33,228 bases of DNA, from the NCBI GenBank assembly GCA_043228905.1, contig JBHGNT010000339.1:1-33228 (forward strand), in the 5' to 3' direction. The notes beneath the pieces are model-generated. The model worked only from the letters and a program-made list of their open reading frames with translations. It was not told where the DNA came from and made no database searches. Numbering within the stretch: the first letter of the stretch is position 1; the number at the start of each line of letters is the position of its first letter. Shown here in pieces: positions 1-11,652 of this stretch. A program made the translations under genes and the position numbers. Source of the DNA: Azolla caroliniana. Lineage: Eukaryota; Plantae; Polypodiophyta.

Positions 1-2
1 GC

Positions 3-1500
3 CTATGATGTCATAGTCGCAATCCTCAGAATGTCAGCGTTAGGAAAGTCGTCATAGTCCCTCACTGCATTATCTCCATTATCCACTCTGCTTAAGAAAT
101 TAGCTACGGCATGCTTCGTGCCTGGCTGATGCTGAATTGCGAAATCGAACTCCTGGAGCAGCAACATCCATCTGGCCAGCTTCCTTGTCAGTGCCTGTTT
201 ATCAACTAGATACAGTAACGCTGCGTGATCTACGTGAAACGTAAATGTGCGCCCTAGCAAATAATGCCGGAATTTTTTGATGCTATATACCATTCCCAAG
301 GCTTCTCGTTCGGTTGTGGAGTAGTTCCTCTCGGCAGTTGATAGCTTACGACTGGCGTAATAGACCGGTCTGTACCAATTCAGCTCTGTGAGTTGCATCA
401 ATGCACTGCCTATTGCTATATCTGAGGCATCCACAAAGACGTGAAAAGGTTTAGCCCAATCTAGTGGTTGTACGACCGGTACTTGGGTTAACATTATCTT
501 GAGTGTGTTGTAAGCTTTCTCTCCTATTGCCGTCCACTTGAAGGGCGTTCGACGTACGATGGCGTGTAATGGGGTCGCAAAATTTGCCAAGTATCGTAAC
601 ATGTGGCTATGCCAACGTATTTGACTTAGGAAGTGGCTGAGGGTTTTGGTATTAGTCGGAGTCTTTGCTTCAATGATCGCCATGATTTTGTTCGGATCCA
701 CCGCTATCACTTCCTTGCTTACGATGTGTCTGAGAAATGCCCCACTCGTGACGCCAAATGCACATTTGGCCAAATTAAGGTTGAGGTGTGACATACGACA
801 ACGCTCCAAACAAACTCGGAGATGGCCCAAATGTTCTCCTCGTGTTCCATATACCGTGATATCGTCGAGAAAGACTTGCATAAAGGCGGGTATGTACTCC
901 CCAAAAATCTCTGTAATTATTTGTTGGAAAATGGCAGGCGCCGTCTTTAGCCCAAACATCATGAACATAGCGAAGAAAACACCCCAATCCGTGACGAACA
1001 TAGTCTTCTCTTGGTCGTTAGGGTGCATGTGTACCTAATTGTATCTGCCAAAACCGTCTAGAAAGCTATACATGTCATGGCCCGTGACCGCGTCTACTAC
1101 ACTATCGGTGAAGGGTAAGGCGAACGCGTCCATAATCGTCATGACGTTAAGATTACGATAATCCACGTAAATGCGGATTTTATCATTTTTCTTTGGTACC
1201 ACGACTATCGGGCTCAGCTACGTGGTCTGCTTCACCGGCCGGATAAACCCTGCTTTTAGAAGTTTGTCAATTTCTTCTTTTATGTGAACCGCGTAATTCG
1301 GGTTCATTCGATAGTGACGTTGCTGCACCGGTTTTGCGTTGGTGGACAAGTTGATCTTCTGCTGGTAAAATTTTGGATCCAACCCTTGCATGTCCTCATG
1401 TGACCATGCGAAAACATCCTTATATTCCTTGAGCAGCTAGACTATCATTGTCGTCTTCTCACTTGGGATCAAGTCCTTCGCAATTGAGAGTAGTCGAGGT
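3..1500 (-). pseudogene. pol: Gypsy pol: reverse transcriptase and RNase H, with stops/frameshifts upstream of 1028
   Basis: ORF 3-1028 contains MFGLKTAPAIFQ, VFLDD, FVDASDIAIG, YASRKLSTAERNYSTTEREALG and DHAAL. Degenerate RT N-terminal sequence continues to about 1500. Confidence 0.92.
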
Positions 1501-1778
1501 TCCGATATAGACTTCTTCTAATGCCAAAGCGGTGACTCACCATGAGATTTCCATTTCTCTCTCGAACGGTGCGCGTGCTCTACTTAACTCCATTAGAGAC
1601 TCTTGGTTCGGTTCGTATGCAACTTCCTGAAGCGTATTAGTTGGGACATATTCTGCATCGGTTTCTATTACGTCAATTTTGAATAATGGAACGATCCGCG
1701 GGTGATCCTCTAGGTACACCTCAAGCTTTGTATCATCTACTCCTTCTAGCATATGTATATCTTCAGTGTATAATGGCG

Positions 1779-3066
1779 TTATGCCCTTGGTTGGTGCCGC
1801 CGTTTCCTAAGTGGACACGCGAACTTTGCTTCGGCGTCGCTGGAAGTTGATACAATTATGCTGTCAATTTTGTTTGATGTTGGCTGAGCGTAGCCAAGGT
1901 TTGCCGAGAAACAGAGTACGTCAGACTTGCCTCTTTCTACTACCGGAGGCGTATTAGTTTCTGCCGGGACTACTTGTTCGTCACAATTATGCTGAAGTCG
2001 CCTGTTATTCCGGGGTTGTTGACGGTATTCTTGGCGTGGCTCTTGACGCCGGTCGTCCTCTGAACTTTCGTCATAACGGCACTGGTCCTTATGCTGACGA
2101 TTGTTTCCATTTGGACGAGCCCCATTGAATCCTCGATGATTGTTTGTAGTTCGTTGATTGTCGTAACGACGCCCCCCCACCCCCCCGATTGTAATGGTTG
2201 GTACTCTGATATTCTTCCTCTTCTTGATCTTCTTCATCGGAGTACGGGTCGGTGTTACGGTTTTACGATACTAGCGCTCCATGCGCTGATTCCAGCCTAT
2301 ATACCGGGGACGTTCTTCATGCCGTCCTAAATCATTCCTGCGAGATTTCTGTTCTGGCTCCATACGCTGTACTACGGATGTGGGCTTATTTAGCATATTA
2401 TACTCGCATTGGTCCACCGTGTGTGTCCATGAATGGCAAATGGGGCAATGTATTCGCATGTTACATTCGACCGCGGAATGTCCAGAGTTTAAACAGATGG
2501 TACACTGAATGGCCTAGCGAAATCGATGCTCCTCTTCCTTAGGCAACGCCTATCGTAGCGATGCCGTGGACAGTCCCTTTCACACTGTGCGTGTTCAGCG
2601 TCGTCCGGATAGGCCGTCTTAGAGCTGCCAAGAACGTTTCCTTGGCCTCTTCATCTACCAGGGTCTGTGTAAGGTTCCGCCGTAGACTGAAATCCGCTAT
2701 GGATTCTGTGGGAAGTTGCTTGATGGTATAGAACTGCCCGATTATTTCATGTTGTGGCACCTTCCGATGAAAAAAACGCAAGAACGCCGATTGCAGCTGG
2801 TCGAAGGTTGTGATTGCTACCAAATCCATCTAGGAATGCCAACACGATTCACATTCCAAACATTGAGGAATAGCCGGGTGTGGCTAGTGGTGTTTGCTTC
2901 TCCGTTGAAGTGGGGGTATGAGAAAGCCATCCAGGACGTTGTGTTGATGATCGGTAGGGGAAAATTCCTGCTTTCGCGATGTGGACTATTGTGGCGTTTA
3001 ATCGCACTCCCTTGGTCGTGTGACGATAGGGTTTCGTGGTTGACGTCGCGCTATTCTGTGAGCATG
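1779..3066 (-). pseudogene. gag: Gypsy gag fragments (retrotransposon gag domain, CCHC zinc knuckle, basic/Gln-rich spacer)
   Basis: ORF pieces TFDQLQSAFLRFF..FYTIKQLPTESIADFSLR (2539-2829) and CPICHSWTHTVDQC (2271-2459). Frameshifted; boundaries approximate. Confidence 0.75.
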
Positions 3067-3245
3067 GAGTCTACTGTGTACTCCTAGAAGGAGTAGTCGT
3101 GGTCACTGAGGCGGGATTTCCGCTTAGCATGCTCTTCTGTCTAGCGCGTGATAGACCTCGTTAGTGGTCGATCTTGTCGGGTCAGTTCTCTGGCTCGTTT
3201 ATGGCTAGTCATCCATACCTTGTTGCTCGTCTGTGCTAAACCACA

Positions 3246-3263
3246 GTCCCACCAGGCGTGCCA
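3246..3263 (-). promoter_or_regulatory. Primer binding site of the gypsy element (tRNA-Arg type)
   Basis: Minus strand reads TGGCACGCCTGGTGGGAC, 4 nt after the LTR end. It resembles the tRNA-Arg PBS of plant non-chromoviral gypsy elements. Confidence 0.75.
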
Positions 3264-3267
3264 AAAG

Positions 3268-3488
3268 TGTTGCCAATTAGGAACACGATCTACTCTTAGT
3301 CCTTTCAGGTAGACTTCAAGGTGATTGTGGTGCAAGGAATAGATCCGTATGTGCGCGAATCATAACAGGCTTACAAAGCAAAGCGTATCGTTAGGCGTGA
3401 AGGGAGACCAGTACAACCGAAGCTCACCAGTGCGTGATCTCATATGCACACTTACCCTACGCTTACTAGCCAATAGTTACCAACAGAG
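3268..3488 (-). repeat. Gypsy 5' LTR, inner (U5-side) part
   Basis: Ends in CA next to the PBS and is interrupted at the CAGAG target site by copia A. Confidence 0.8.
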
Positions 3489-4090
3489 TGTTGAGAAATC
3501 ATTTGGTCAAATAGCAATAAACGAACTATGCTGAAAATATGAATCACAGATATGCTAGAAAAGGAAAAGAACAAACAATGGTGCACAAAGATTTAACGTG
3601 GAAACCCTAAAAAATAGGAGAAAACCACAGGAACAGAACTTCACTATGTATAGTGGATATACAACGCTCCTTCGAGTGTATCAGCCATGTACGGCTCTTG
3701 ACGTCTGTTGTTACGCACACATCTATGGCGCTGCTCACACTCACTCTCTTTGTCTCTCACGCTCTCGTGCTACTGTTGTCCTCTCTGTTCTACAATCTCG
3801 TTTTTCCCTAAGTGTATTTATACTTATACACTGACTGTATGGGCTATTTACAAATGTAGCCTCTGCTACGTGTCATTCTTATTATTGCTATAATAATAAT
3901 AGTTGAACTGCCAAACAGTCGACTCACTGTTTTCGACTCTTCGACTGTCGGGTTTCTGAATAGTTGGATCTTCCCTTTCTTCGACTGTCAGCACTCCTTG
4001 GTCCGATCAGTCGGCTCCTCGTAGTCATCGACTGTCAGCAATTTCTGGACAATCGGTTCCTCCTCCCACTGGAGGGACATATTCCCAACA
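3489..4090 (-). repeat. 3' LTR of copia A (602 bp)
   Basis: TGTTGAGAAA..ATTCCCAACA, with the PPT (AGGGGGAGTT on minus) directly adjacent. Homologous to 7469-7706 and 30077-30788. Confidence 0.92.
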
Positions 4091-4100
4091 AACTCCCCCT

Positions 4101-7100
4101 TCACTCCTGTGGAAGGAAGTCAAGCAGTCCTGTCTTTTGTCGACAGACTTTGAGTTTGTCCATAGGTAGGTTCTTCGTCAGCATGTCGGATCCATTGTCG
4201 TTTTTATGGATCTTCACCAAGGAAAACTCTCCTTGTTCAACTCTCTCCTGCAACCAGTGATACCTTCTCTATATATGCTTGGTCCGAGAGTGGTATGCAA
4301 CATTCTTGGTAAGATGTATGGCACTCTGGCTGTCACAGTGAAGCAAGAGCTCCTTTTGCTTCATTCCTAATTCGTTGAGAAAAATTTTCATCCAGATCAT
4401 CTCTTTGCCGGCCTCTACCTTGCCATATACTCTGCTTCTGTAGTCGACAAAGCTAAAGACTTCTGCAGTCATGACTGCCACGACACTGCTCCCCCTGCAT
4501 AGGTCATCACGTACCCTGACATGGATCGGCTCGAGTCGACATCTCCTGACATGTCTGAGTCGATAAACCTTCCAACACAGGTTTTCTGACACCATACCTT
4601 AGGCACACCTCTGAGGTGCCTTTTAAGTACTTGAGTATCCACTTCACCGTTGCCCAGTGTTCTCTTCCTCGATTACTCATATATTGGCTTACTACTCCTA
4701 CAACAAATGCTATGTCAGGTCTCGTACAGACCATAGGATACATTAGACCGCCAACGGCTGAGGCATATGGTACCTTCCTCATCTCGGCCTTTTCCTTCCC
4801 CCCTTTCGGGCACTACTTCGCATTCAATCTTCAACTTGTCGGCAACATTGAGCCCACCGGCTTTGCATCTGACATGTTAAATCTCTCTAGGATCTTCGTC
4901 ACATACTTCTATTGTGACAACCATAACACCTTTTGAGTTCTGTCTCGAACTATGTGCATTCCTAAGATCTGTTTAACTAGTCCAAGGTCTTTCATGGCAA
5001 ATGATTTGCCGAGAGCTTTCGTCAAGCTTCCAATCTTCCTTGTATCTTGACCGACTATCAACATGTCATCGACATATAGCAAGAGAATCAAGAATTCTCC
5101 TTCTTCGTACCTTTTCACGAACACACAGTGATCGGCCTGTGTTTACTGGAGCTGATATTCCATTATGAAGGACTCGAACTTCTTGTACCATTGGCGTGGA
5201 GCTTGTTTCAGACCGTACAAGCTTTTCTTTAGTCAACACACCAAATTCTCTTTTCCTTTCTCCTCAAAGCCTTCGGCTTGCTGCATATAGATTTCTTCTT
5301 CTAGCTCCCTGTGTAGAAATGCGGTTTTGACATCCAACTATTCGATCTCCAAATCCATACTGGCCGCTATGCTCAGAATAGTTCGGATGGATGTCATCTT
5401 AACGAATGGTGCGAATATCCCTTCTTCTGTTGGAAACCCTTCACCACTATATGGGCTTTATACCTGGGCTCATTGTCAGCTCCAGTCTTCACCTTGTAGA
5501 CCCACTTATTCCTGAGTGCTCTCTTTCCTTTCTGCAGCTCTACTAGGTCGTAGGTGTAGTTCTCGTGCAAGGATTCCATCTCATCTTGCATCGTGCTCAA
5601 CCATTTCTCTCTGTGCTCATCGGCAATGGCTTCTTCGTAGCACTCCGGTTCACTTCATCAGTCAAGAGGATGTATTGACTAGCATATGTAGTCGGTGATT
5701 ACCTCTCCCTGAGTGGGTATCTTCTTCCACTCGTTGTTGGCTCTCTTTCAGATGTCTCTGCCAACTCTTCTCTTTGCTCGGAATTCTGCTTATCAATCGG
5801 CCTCTCCTGGTTGGGTAATTCCAACTCATATTCATCAATTGGCCTTTGCAGCTCTTCCGACTCTAACTCATAGTCAATCGGTCTCTCCGAATTGACCGAC
5901 TCGGATTTGGCTTTGTCAGCCAGCGGTCTCCTTACAGCTGTCGGTGACGACTCACTTGGCCTTAAGTTGATGGTAGTCGGGGTTGACTGGGTAGTCGATT
6001 CCGACTTCTAGAAAGACTACATCCCGACTTCTCACTACCTTCTTGTTGACTAGGTCCCATAGCCTGTAGCCAAATTCATCTTCCGAGTATCCCATGAATA
6101 TGCATGCTTTTGACTTGCTGTCGAGCTTTGACCTCTGATCTTTCGGTACATGTATGTATGCCAGACATCCTAACACCCTCAGATGCTGGTAGGAGACATC
6201 CTTCCCTATCCACACCCTATGTGGGACATCACCCTTCAATGGTATTGAGAGAGACCTGTTGATCAGATAAACAATTGTGTACATCACCTCAGCCCAATAG
6301 GATTTCGCTAGTTTCGCATGAGAGAGCATGCTCCTTACTCTCTCCATGATGGTTCACTTCATCCTCTTTGCAAGCCCGTTCAACTCTGGGGTCTTTGGCA
6401 CTGTGTATTCGATCCGAATACCTTGGCTCTTGCAGTATTCCTCGAACTTCCGACCCGACTCTCTTTCGGCTCTTGCCTAGAACTCCTTGAAAACCGACAG
6501 TACTTGATCCTTCATCTTCAGTACAAAGGCCCATGTCTTCCGACTATGGTCGTCAATGAATGTCACAAAGTATTGTCCACCTCGATGCGATGGAGCATCA
6601 ACATAGCACACGTCCGTGTGTACTAGGTCTAGCGGCACTTCTCTTCTCCTCGGTGGTCTTGTGTGGAATACTGCTCTATTTTGCTTTTCGACTAAGCAGT
6701 TGAAGCACTTCTCCAAGTGCACTCCCTTGACTTCTGGCAGAAGTTTCTTGTCTGCTACCAGGTGCATTCCCTTCTCACTCATGTGGCCTAGCCTCTTCTG
6801 CCATATTTCTCCTACCGAGTCGGCTGCCACATTTACTTCCGATTTGCACAGTCGGGCATGCATCATATATAATGTGCCTTCTTTTTGTGCTCGGGCCACT
6901 ATAAGATTTTCTCGACAGAACTTCCACTTGCCATTTCGAAAGCTACCACTATAGCCTTCTTCATCTAACCTTCCTTTCGATATAAGATTCAATATGATAT
7001 TAGGGACGTGTCGAACATCCTTCAGAGTCAATCGACACCCTGTCGATGTCGTTAAGCAAACACTTCCGACTTTGGTTACCCTGCACTCTCCACTGTCACC

Positions 7101-7468
7101 CATCTTTACATAGTCATGATCCCCGACTATGTAAGTCGAGAAATACTCTCTCGACGGAGTTGTGGAACGATGCCCCAAAATTAATCACCCACGTGCAAGC
7201 TTCACTTGCAAGATTTGCACTCGTCTGTTCACAAATGGACAGGAGTTCTTCATTGCTCGTAGGAATGGCCGAAGGGTTCTTCTCGTCCGGAATCTTCCTG
7301 GGTTTGACATTATTTCCGACACTCTTATCTTTCTTTAAGTGTCGACAGTCCTTATGGAAGTGTCCAGGCTTTCCACAATAAAAGACACGGGCTTACTTCT
7401 CGACTTCGATCTGGTTTGGGATTTGTTCGTTCATTGCGGACTTCTTCTTCGCCAGTCTCTTCATTACC
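4101..7468 (-). pseudogene. pol: Copia A gag(3' end)-pol polyprotein, disrupted
   Basis: Motifs LVHTDVC and FVTFIDDHSRKTW (INT), LLLYVDDML (RT), YASAVGGLMY and HCDSQSAIHL..HSRTKHI (RNH). Many stops and frameshifts. Confidence 0.93.
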
Positions 7469-7706
7469 AATGTAGCCTCTGCTACGTGTCATTATTATTA
7501 TTGCTATAATAATAATAGTCGAACTATCAAATAGTCGACTCACTATTTTCGACTCTTCGGCTGTCGGCTTTCCAAACAGTCGGATCTTCCCTGTCTTCGA
7601 CTGTCGGCACTCCTTGGTTCGATCAGTCGGCTCCTCGTAGTCATCGACAGTCTGCAACTTTTGGACAGTCGGTTCCTCGTCCCACTAGTGGGACATATTC
7701 CCAACA
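7469..7706 (-). repeat. Truncated 5' LTR (U3 part only) of copia A
   Basis: Matches about 3853-4090 and is fused directly to gag sequence. R/U5, PBS and most of gag are missing. Confidence 0.9.
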
Positions 7707-7711
7707 CAGAG

Positions 7712-7972
7712 TAATAGACTGAATCAGTAGACGATTTGCAATGGCAAGGGAATCAGAGAAGATAGTACTGTATTATAGAAGGTAGCTCTCAAAATACACG
7801 CGAGCTCTTTAGAGAGGATTTCCGCCCTTTATATACCCAGGGCTTTTAGTCCGTTACGCTCCTAGCGTGAACCATTACATGCATTTCTTTAACGCTTCTA
7901 ATAATATATTCTATTCGTTTAAGCGTTAGGTCTGACGGACAACACCGGCGGACAACAGTACGACCCAAAACA
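7712..7972 (-). repeat. Gypsy 5' LTR, outer (U3-side) part
   Basis: Resumes after the CAGAG TSD, has a TATATAAAAG box on the minus strand near 7830, and ends ..CCCAAAACA. The reconstructed LTR is about 480 bp. Confidence 0.75.
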
Positions 7973-8033
7973 AAATGTAGAAAATGAAGAAGACAATGAA
8001 AATAAAGACAAGGATAAATCTGAAAATGGAAGA
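7973..8033 (+). mobile_element. Short piece of copia C INT-RT spacer trapped between the gypsy and the DNA transposon insertions
   Basis: Reads ENEEDNENKDKDKSENGR. It continues in frame as DCHRNGKKVGQQ.. at 14902 when the DNA transposon and one TSD copy are removed. Confidence 0.8.
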
Positions 8034-8058
8034 GGGTAAAAGCATGCGAGTGGAAACA
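8034..8058 (+). repeat. Left TIR GGGTAAAAGCATGCGAGTGGAAACA
   Basis: Reverse complement of 14873-14897 with one mismatch. Confidence 0.95.
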
Positions 8059-8589
8059 CTATTATAGCTAATTAGCTACTAAAATGGCCATAGCTAATTA
8101 GCTATTTGTTTAGCTAGTCTTTTTTGTGGGAAAATCAAATATTTGAAAAACTAATTTATGAAAAAACTCAAATGTTTGAACTTCTGTTTCAGACGTAGTG
8201 GAACTTGGGGAATAACACCATCATCTAAGGTCGACTTCAATGTCATCAATCTCCTGTTTAGCCTAAGTTTGATTTTGAACGCAGATGGAGTACTCAGAGC
8301 ACGAACGCAGACGTAGCTCCCACAACAGCAGAAAATCGACATTGTAGATTGAGCGCTACAACACAGAACCCGCTCGATCATCGTCTAGGTATGTTTCAGT
8401 TACAGAAACCCCAAACATTTGTTTTTTCTTTTTGACTACTGTCTGAACTTTGGTGCCGATTCATATTTCCCCAAAATCGAATAGGACGAAGTCCTTGGAG
8501 TCCCATACCAGGATGTCTCGCAGATCGGGGAGTAGTAGCAGGTGTGTTTATATTACTTTTTTTGTGTTTAATCCTGTCTTTAGTGATGA

Positions 8590-9115
8590 TTGGGGTTTTT
8601 GATTGAAATTTCTGATTAGGGTTTTTGTTTATAAATTTCTGATTAGGGTTTGTGATTGAAATTTCTGATTAGGGTTTCTGATTGAAATTTCTTATTAGGG
8701 TTTTTGATTATAAATTTCTGATTAGAATTTCTGAATAGGGTTTTTGGTTACAAATTTTGATTACAGATTAGAATTTCTGAATAGGGTTTTTGTTTATAAA
8801 TTTCTGTTTAGGATTTTTTATTAGGGTTTGTGATTGAAATTTCTTATTAGGGTTTTTGATTATAAATTTCTGATTAGAATTTCTGAATAGGGATTCTGGT
8901 TACAAACTTCTGATTACAGATTTTGATTAGGGTTTCTGATTTCAAACTTCTGATTACAGATTTTGATTAGGGTTTCTGATTTCAAATTTCTGAATACAAA
9001 TTATGATTAGGGTTTCTGATTTGCTAAGTTAAAGATTTTGCACCATTTTTGTTGTTGTTGATTGGGGTTTCTGATTCAGACATATTCTGATTTTGCACTA
9101 TTTCTGATTTCTGAA
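8590..9115. repeat. Degenerate ~26-bp tandem repeat rich in ATTAGGGTTT (telo-box) inside intron 8542-9127
   Basis: About a dozen (TCTG)ATTAGGGTTT / AATAGGGTTT units, plus a 40-bp higher-order duplication near 8903-8982. Confidence 0.85.
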
Positions 9116-10467
9116 ATGATATTTCAGATGGCTCGTTCCTCCGTATTCGAGAGTGCTAAACTTCGCAAAATTTTGCGAGACAAAGGAGGACTTCCACAAC
9201 ACCTATGGTCTATCACTCGAGGGTGTTGACCTTGCTGTCCTAAGTGATAAATTGATCAGTGATGTAGACTGGATGACAGTATATACAGTGCCTAAAGTCA
9301 AAGGCAAGGTCAAGCTGAAGCATGTACGAGCCGACTTGTACGATGACTGCATGAGGCTGCACCAGAAAGTTCATCAGGAGATCCCAGTCAACAATGAGTT
9401 GTCAGTTTCATTTGCTAGAGCATTTGCATATGAGTACTGCAAAACAACGAAGGAATCTAGAGACCCTGAAATTTATAGGGTAGCTTGGGCAGTCTATGGT
9501 GAGGCATCGGTAAAAAGATGTTGAAAGATGGGGACCTTGGCACAAAAAATAGACAGATTTTGGAGCATGGTAGCTGTTGATGCAACTGCCGACTCCCAGC
9601 AAGACTTGGGGCATACACCACATTGACACCCAAGGAAAGCCAATGTCGATGATACAGGTGAGACATTGGTTAGCTATATCCTAAAAAATGTCCATGAAGC
9701 CTATGAGACATTGGCATTTTTTAAGACTGATTTAGAGAAAGCCACAATGGCTCCTGCAATGGAGAGCAAAGTTACTTCCGCTTTTACAACGATTAGAAAT
9801 AAGATTCAGGTAACTATTGTTTTGCTAGTATGTGATTGTGTTATAAATAACTTTGAGGGTAAAATGTGCTAATCAAGCATTATCTGGAATAGGTTGCACA
9901 ATAGGAGCTTGAATTAGAGGGGCCACTATATCCCCAGCATAAAATACAACTGCAAATAGAGATCCAGGTTCTTTCAATGAACCTGGACCTTCTAGGTGTA
10001 AATACTGTTGCAGATTACAATTTGGATAAGCTTCAAGTAAGTTAACGATTCCTGGGCAAAGTTGGTGTATCTTTCAACAACAGGAATAATTAATCGGTAA
10101 ATTTCTCTGTTGCGTTGAAGGAACAATACATTCATCAAGAACAGGTAGTTAGTTGCCTTAAGAAGCAACTACATTTTGTGGAGGGAATGGTAAGGACTAG
10201 ACAGGATTTGGACCTGAACATTCTTGCTCCCTTACCAAATGAAGCAGAACTAGAAAATGATTTATTGACAGTTCAAGCACGTTGCATCGCTTGCGGGTTA
10301 GGTGTGGAGGACAAAACTGCGTCTTTGTTGGTTCACCTACAACCATGCAACCACACATACCATCTGCTTTGTTTTCAACATGCCTGTCGAATTGCTGCAT
10401 TCTGTTTGGGAGATTGCAGTACAACTCTACCAAATGAGTGGAGAAAACTAACAGGTATACCATACTG

Positions 10468-11652
10468 TAGCTAATAAGCTTAGTCTTTTCTAATTAGCTA
10501 AGCCGTAAAAAGTATGGAAACTATTTTGCTGCTACCATTGTAGCTAATTAGCTACTACCATAGTTGATTAAAGTAGCTAATAGCTATCCTATTAGTTAAT
10601 TAGCTACTGCCATAGTTTACTACAATAGTTAATTAGCTAAGTCGCAGCTAGTTAGCTACTAGTGAATTAGCTATCCTACTGGCAGCTAATTAGCTAATGC
10701 CAGCTAGTTAGCTACTAGCTAATTAGCTATCCTACTGGCAGCTAATTAGCTAATGCCAGCTAGTTAGCTACTAGCTAATTAGCTACTCATAGCTAATTAT
10801 CTAGCACCATAGTTGTGTAAAGTAGCTAATTAGCTATCCTACTAGCTAATTAGCTACTGGCAGCTAATGAGCTAGTAGCTAATTAGCTATCCTAGTAGCT
10901 AATTAGCTATGGTACTAGCTAATTAGCTAGTACCATAGTTGTGTAAAAAAGCTAATTAGCTATCCTACTAGCTAATTAGCTACTGGCAACTAATTAGCTA
11001 TCCTAGTAGCTAATTAGCTACTGCCATAGTTGTGTACCATAGCTAATTAGCTAGTAGGATAGCTAATTAGCTACTACCATAGTTGTGTAAAGTAGCTAAT
11101 AAGCTATCCTAGTACCTAATTAGCTACTGGCAGCTAATTAGCTATCCTAGTAGCTAATAAGCTATCCTAGCTACTACATAGTTGAGAAAGTAGCTAATTA
11201 GCTATCATTGTAGCTAATTAGCTATCCTACTAGTTAATTAGCTATCCTAGCTACTACCATAGTTAGTAAAGTAGCTGATTAGCTATCCTAGCTACTACCA
11301 TAGTTGAGTAAAGTAGCTAATTAGCTATCCTAGCTACTACCATAGTTGAGTAAAGTAGCTAATTAGCTATCCTAGCTACTACCATAGTTAAGTAAAGTAG
11401 CTAATTAGCTACCATAGTAGCTAATTAGCTATCCTAGCTACTACCATAGTTGAGTAAAGTAGCTAATTAGCTATCGTACTAGCTAATTAGCTATCCTAAT
11501 TAGCTATCATACTGCTAATTAGCTATCGTACTAGCTAATTAGCTATCCTAATTAGCTATCATACTACTAATTAGCTATCGTACTAGCTAATTAGGTAGCC
11601 TAGCTTCTACCATAGTTTAGTAAAGTAGCTAATTAGCTATCCTAAATAGCTG
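10468..11652. repeat. ~1.2-kb array built from the 14-bp palindrome TAGCTAATTAGCTA, filling intron 10455-11666
   Basis: Dozens of exact or near copies separated by TCCTAG/CTACCATAGTTG-type linkers. Perfect 32-bp palindrome at 10907-10938. Confidence 0.95.

Larger units (their letters stand above)
3489..7706 (-). mobile_element. Ty1/copia element A (Tnt1-like), internally deleted, inserted in the gypsy LTR
   Basis: TG..CA ends, perfect 5-bp TSD CAGAG (3484-3488 / 7707-7711), PPT at 4091-4103, and copia domain order PR-INT-RT-RNH on the minus strand. Confidence 0.95.
1..7972 (-). mobile_element. Ty3/gypsy LTR retrotransposon (non-chromovirus type), 5' part; its 5' LTR is interrupted by copia A; 3' part runs off the left edge of the window
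   Basis: Minus-strand order LTR - PBS - gag (CCHC knuckle) - RT - RNase H. The LTR starts TGTTTTGGG at 7972 and ends ..GGCAACA at 3268 next to the PBS. Confidence 0.88.

Noticed and set aside
8590-9115. Interstitial telomere
   Set aside because: TTAGGG occurs singly within a longer unit and never as tandem (TTTAGGG)n.
9128-9229. ATG at 9128 as the start codon of the RING gene
   Set aside because: That frame closes after about 33 codons. The long frame is reached by splicing from ATG 8513.
10468-11652. Palindrome array as a CRISPR array or as a separate MITE
   Set aside because: The linkers are recycled modules rather than unique spacers, and I found no distinct TIR/TSD pair bounding the array.
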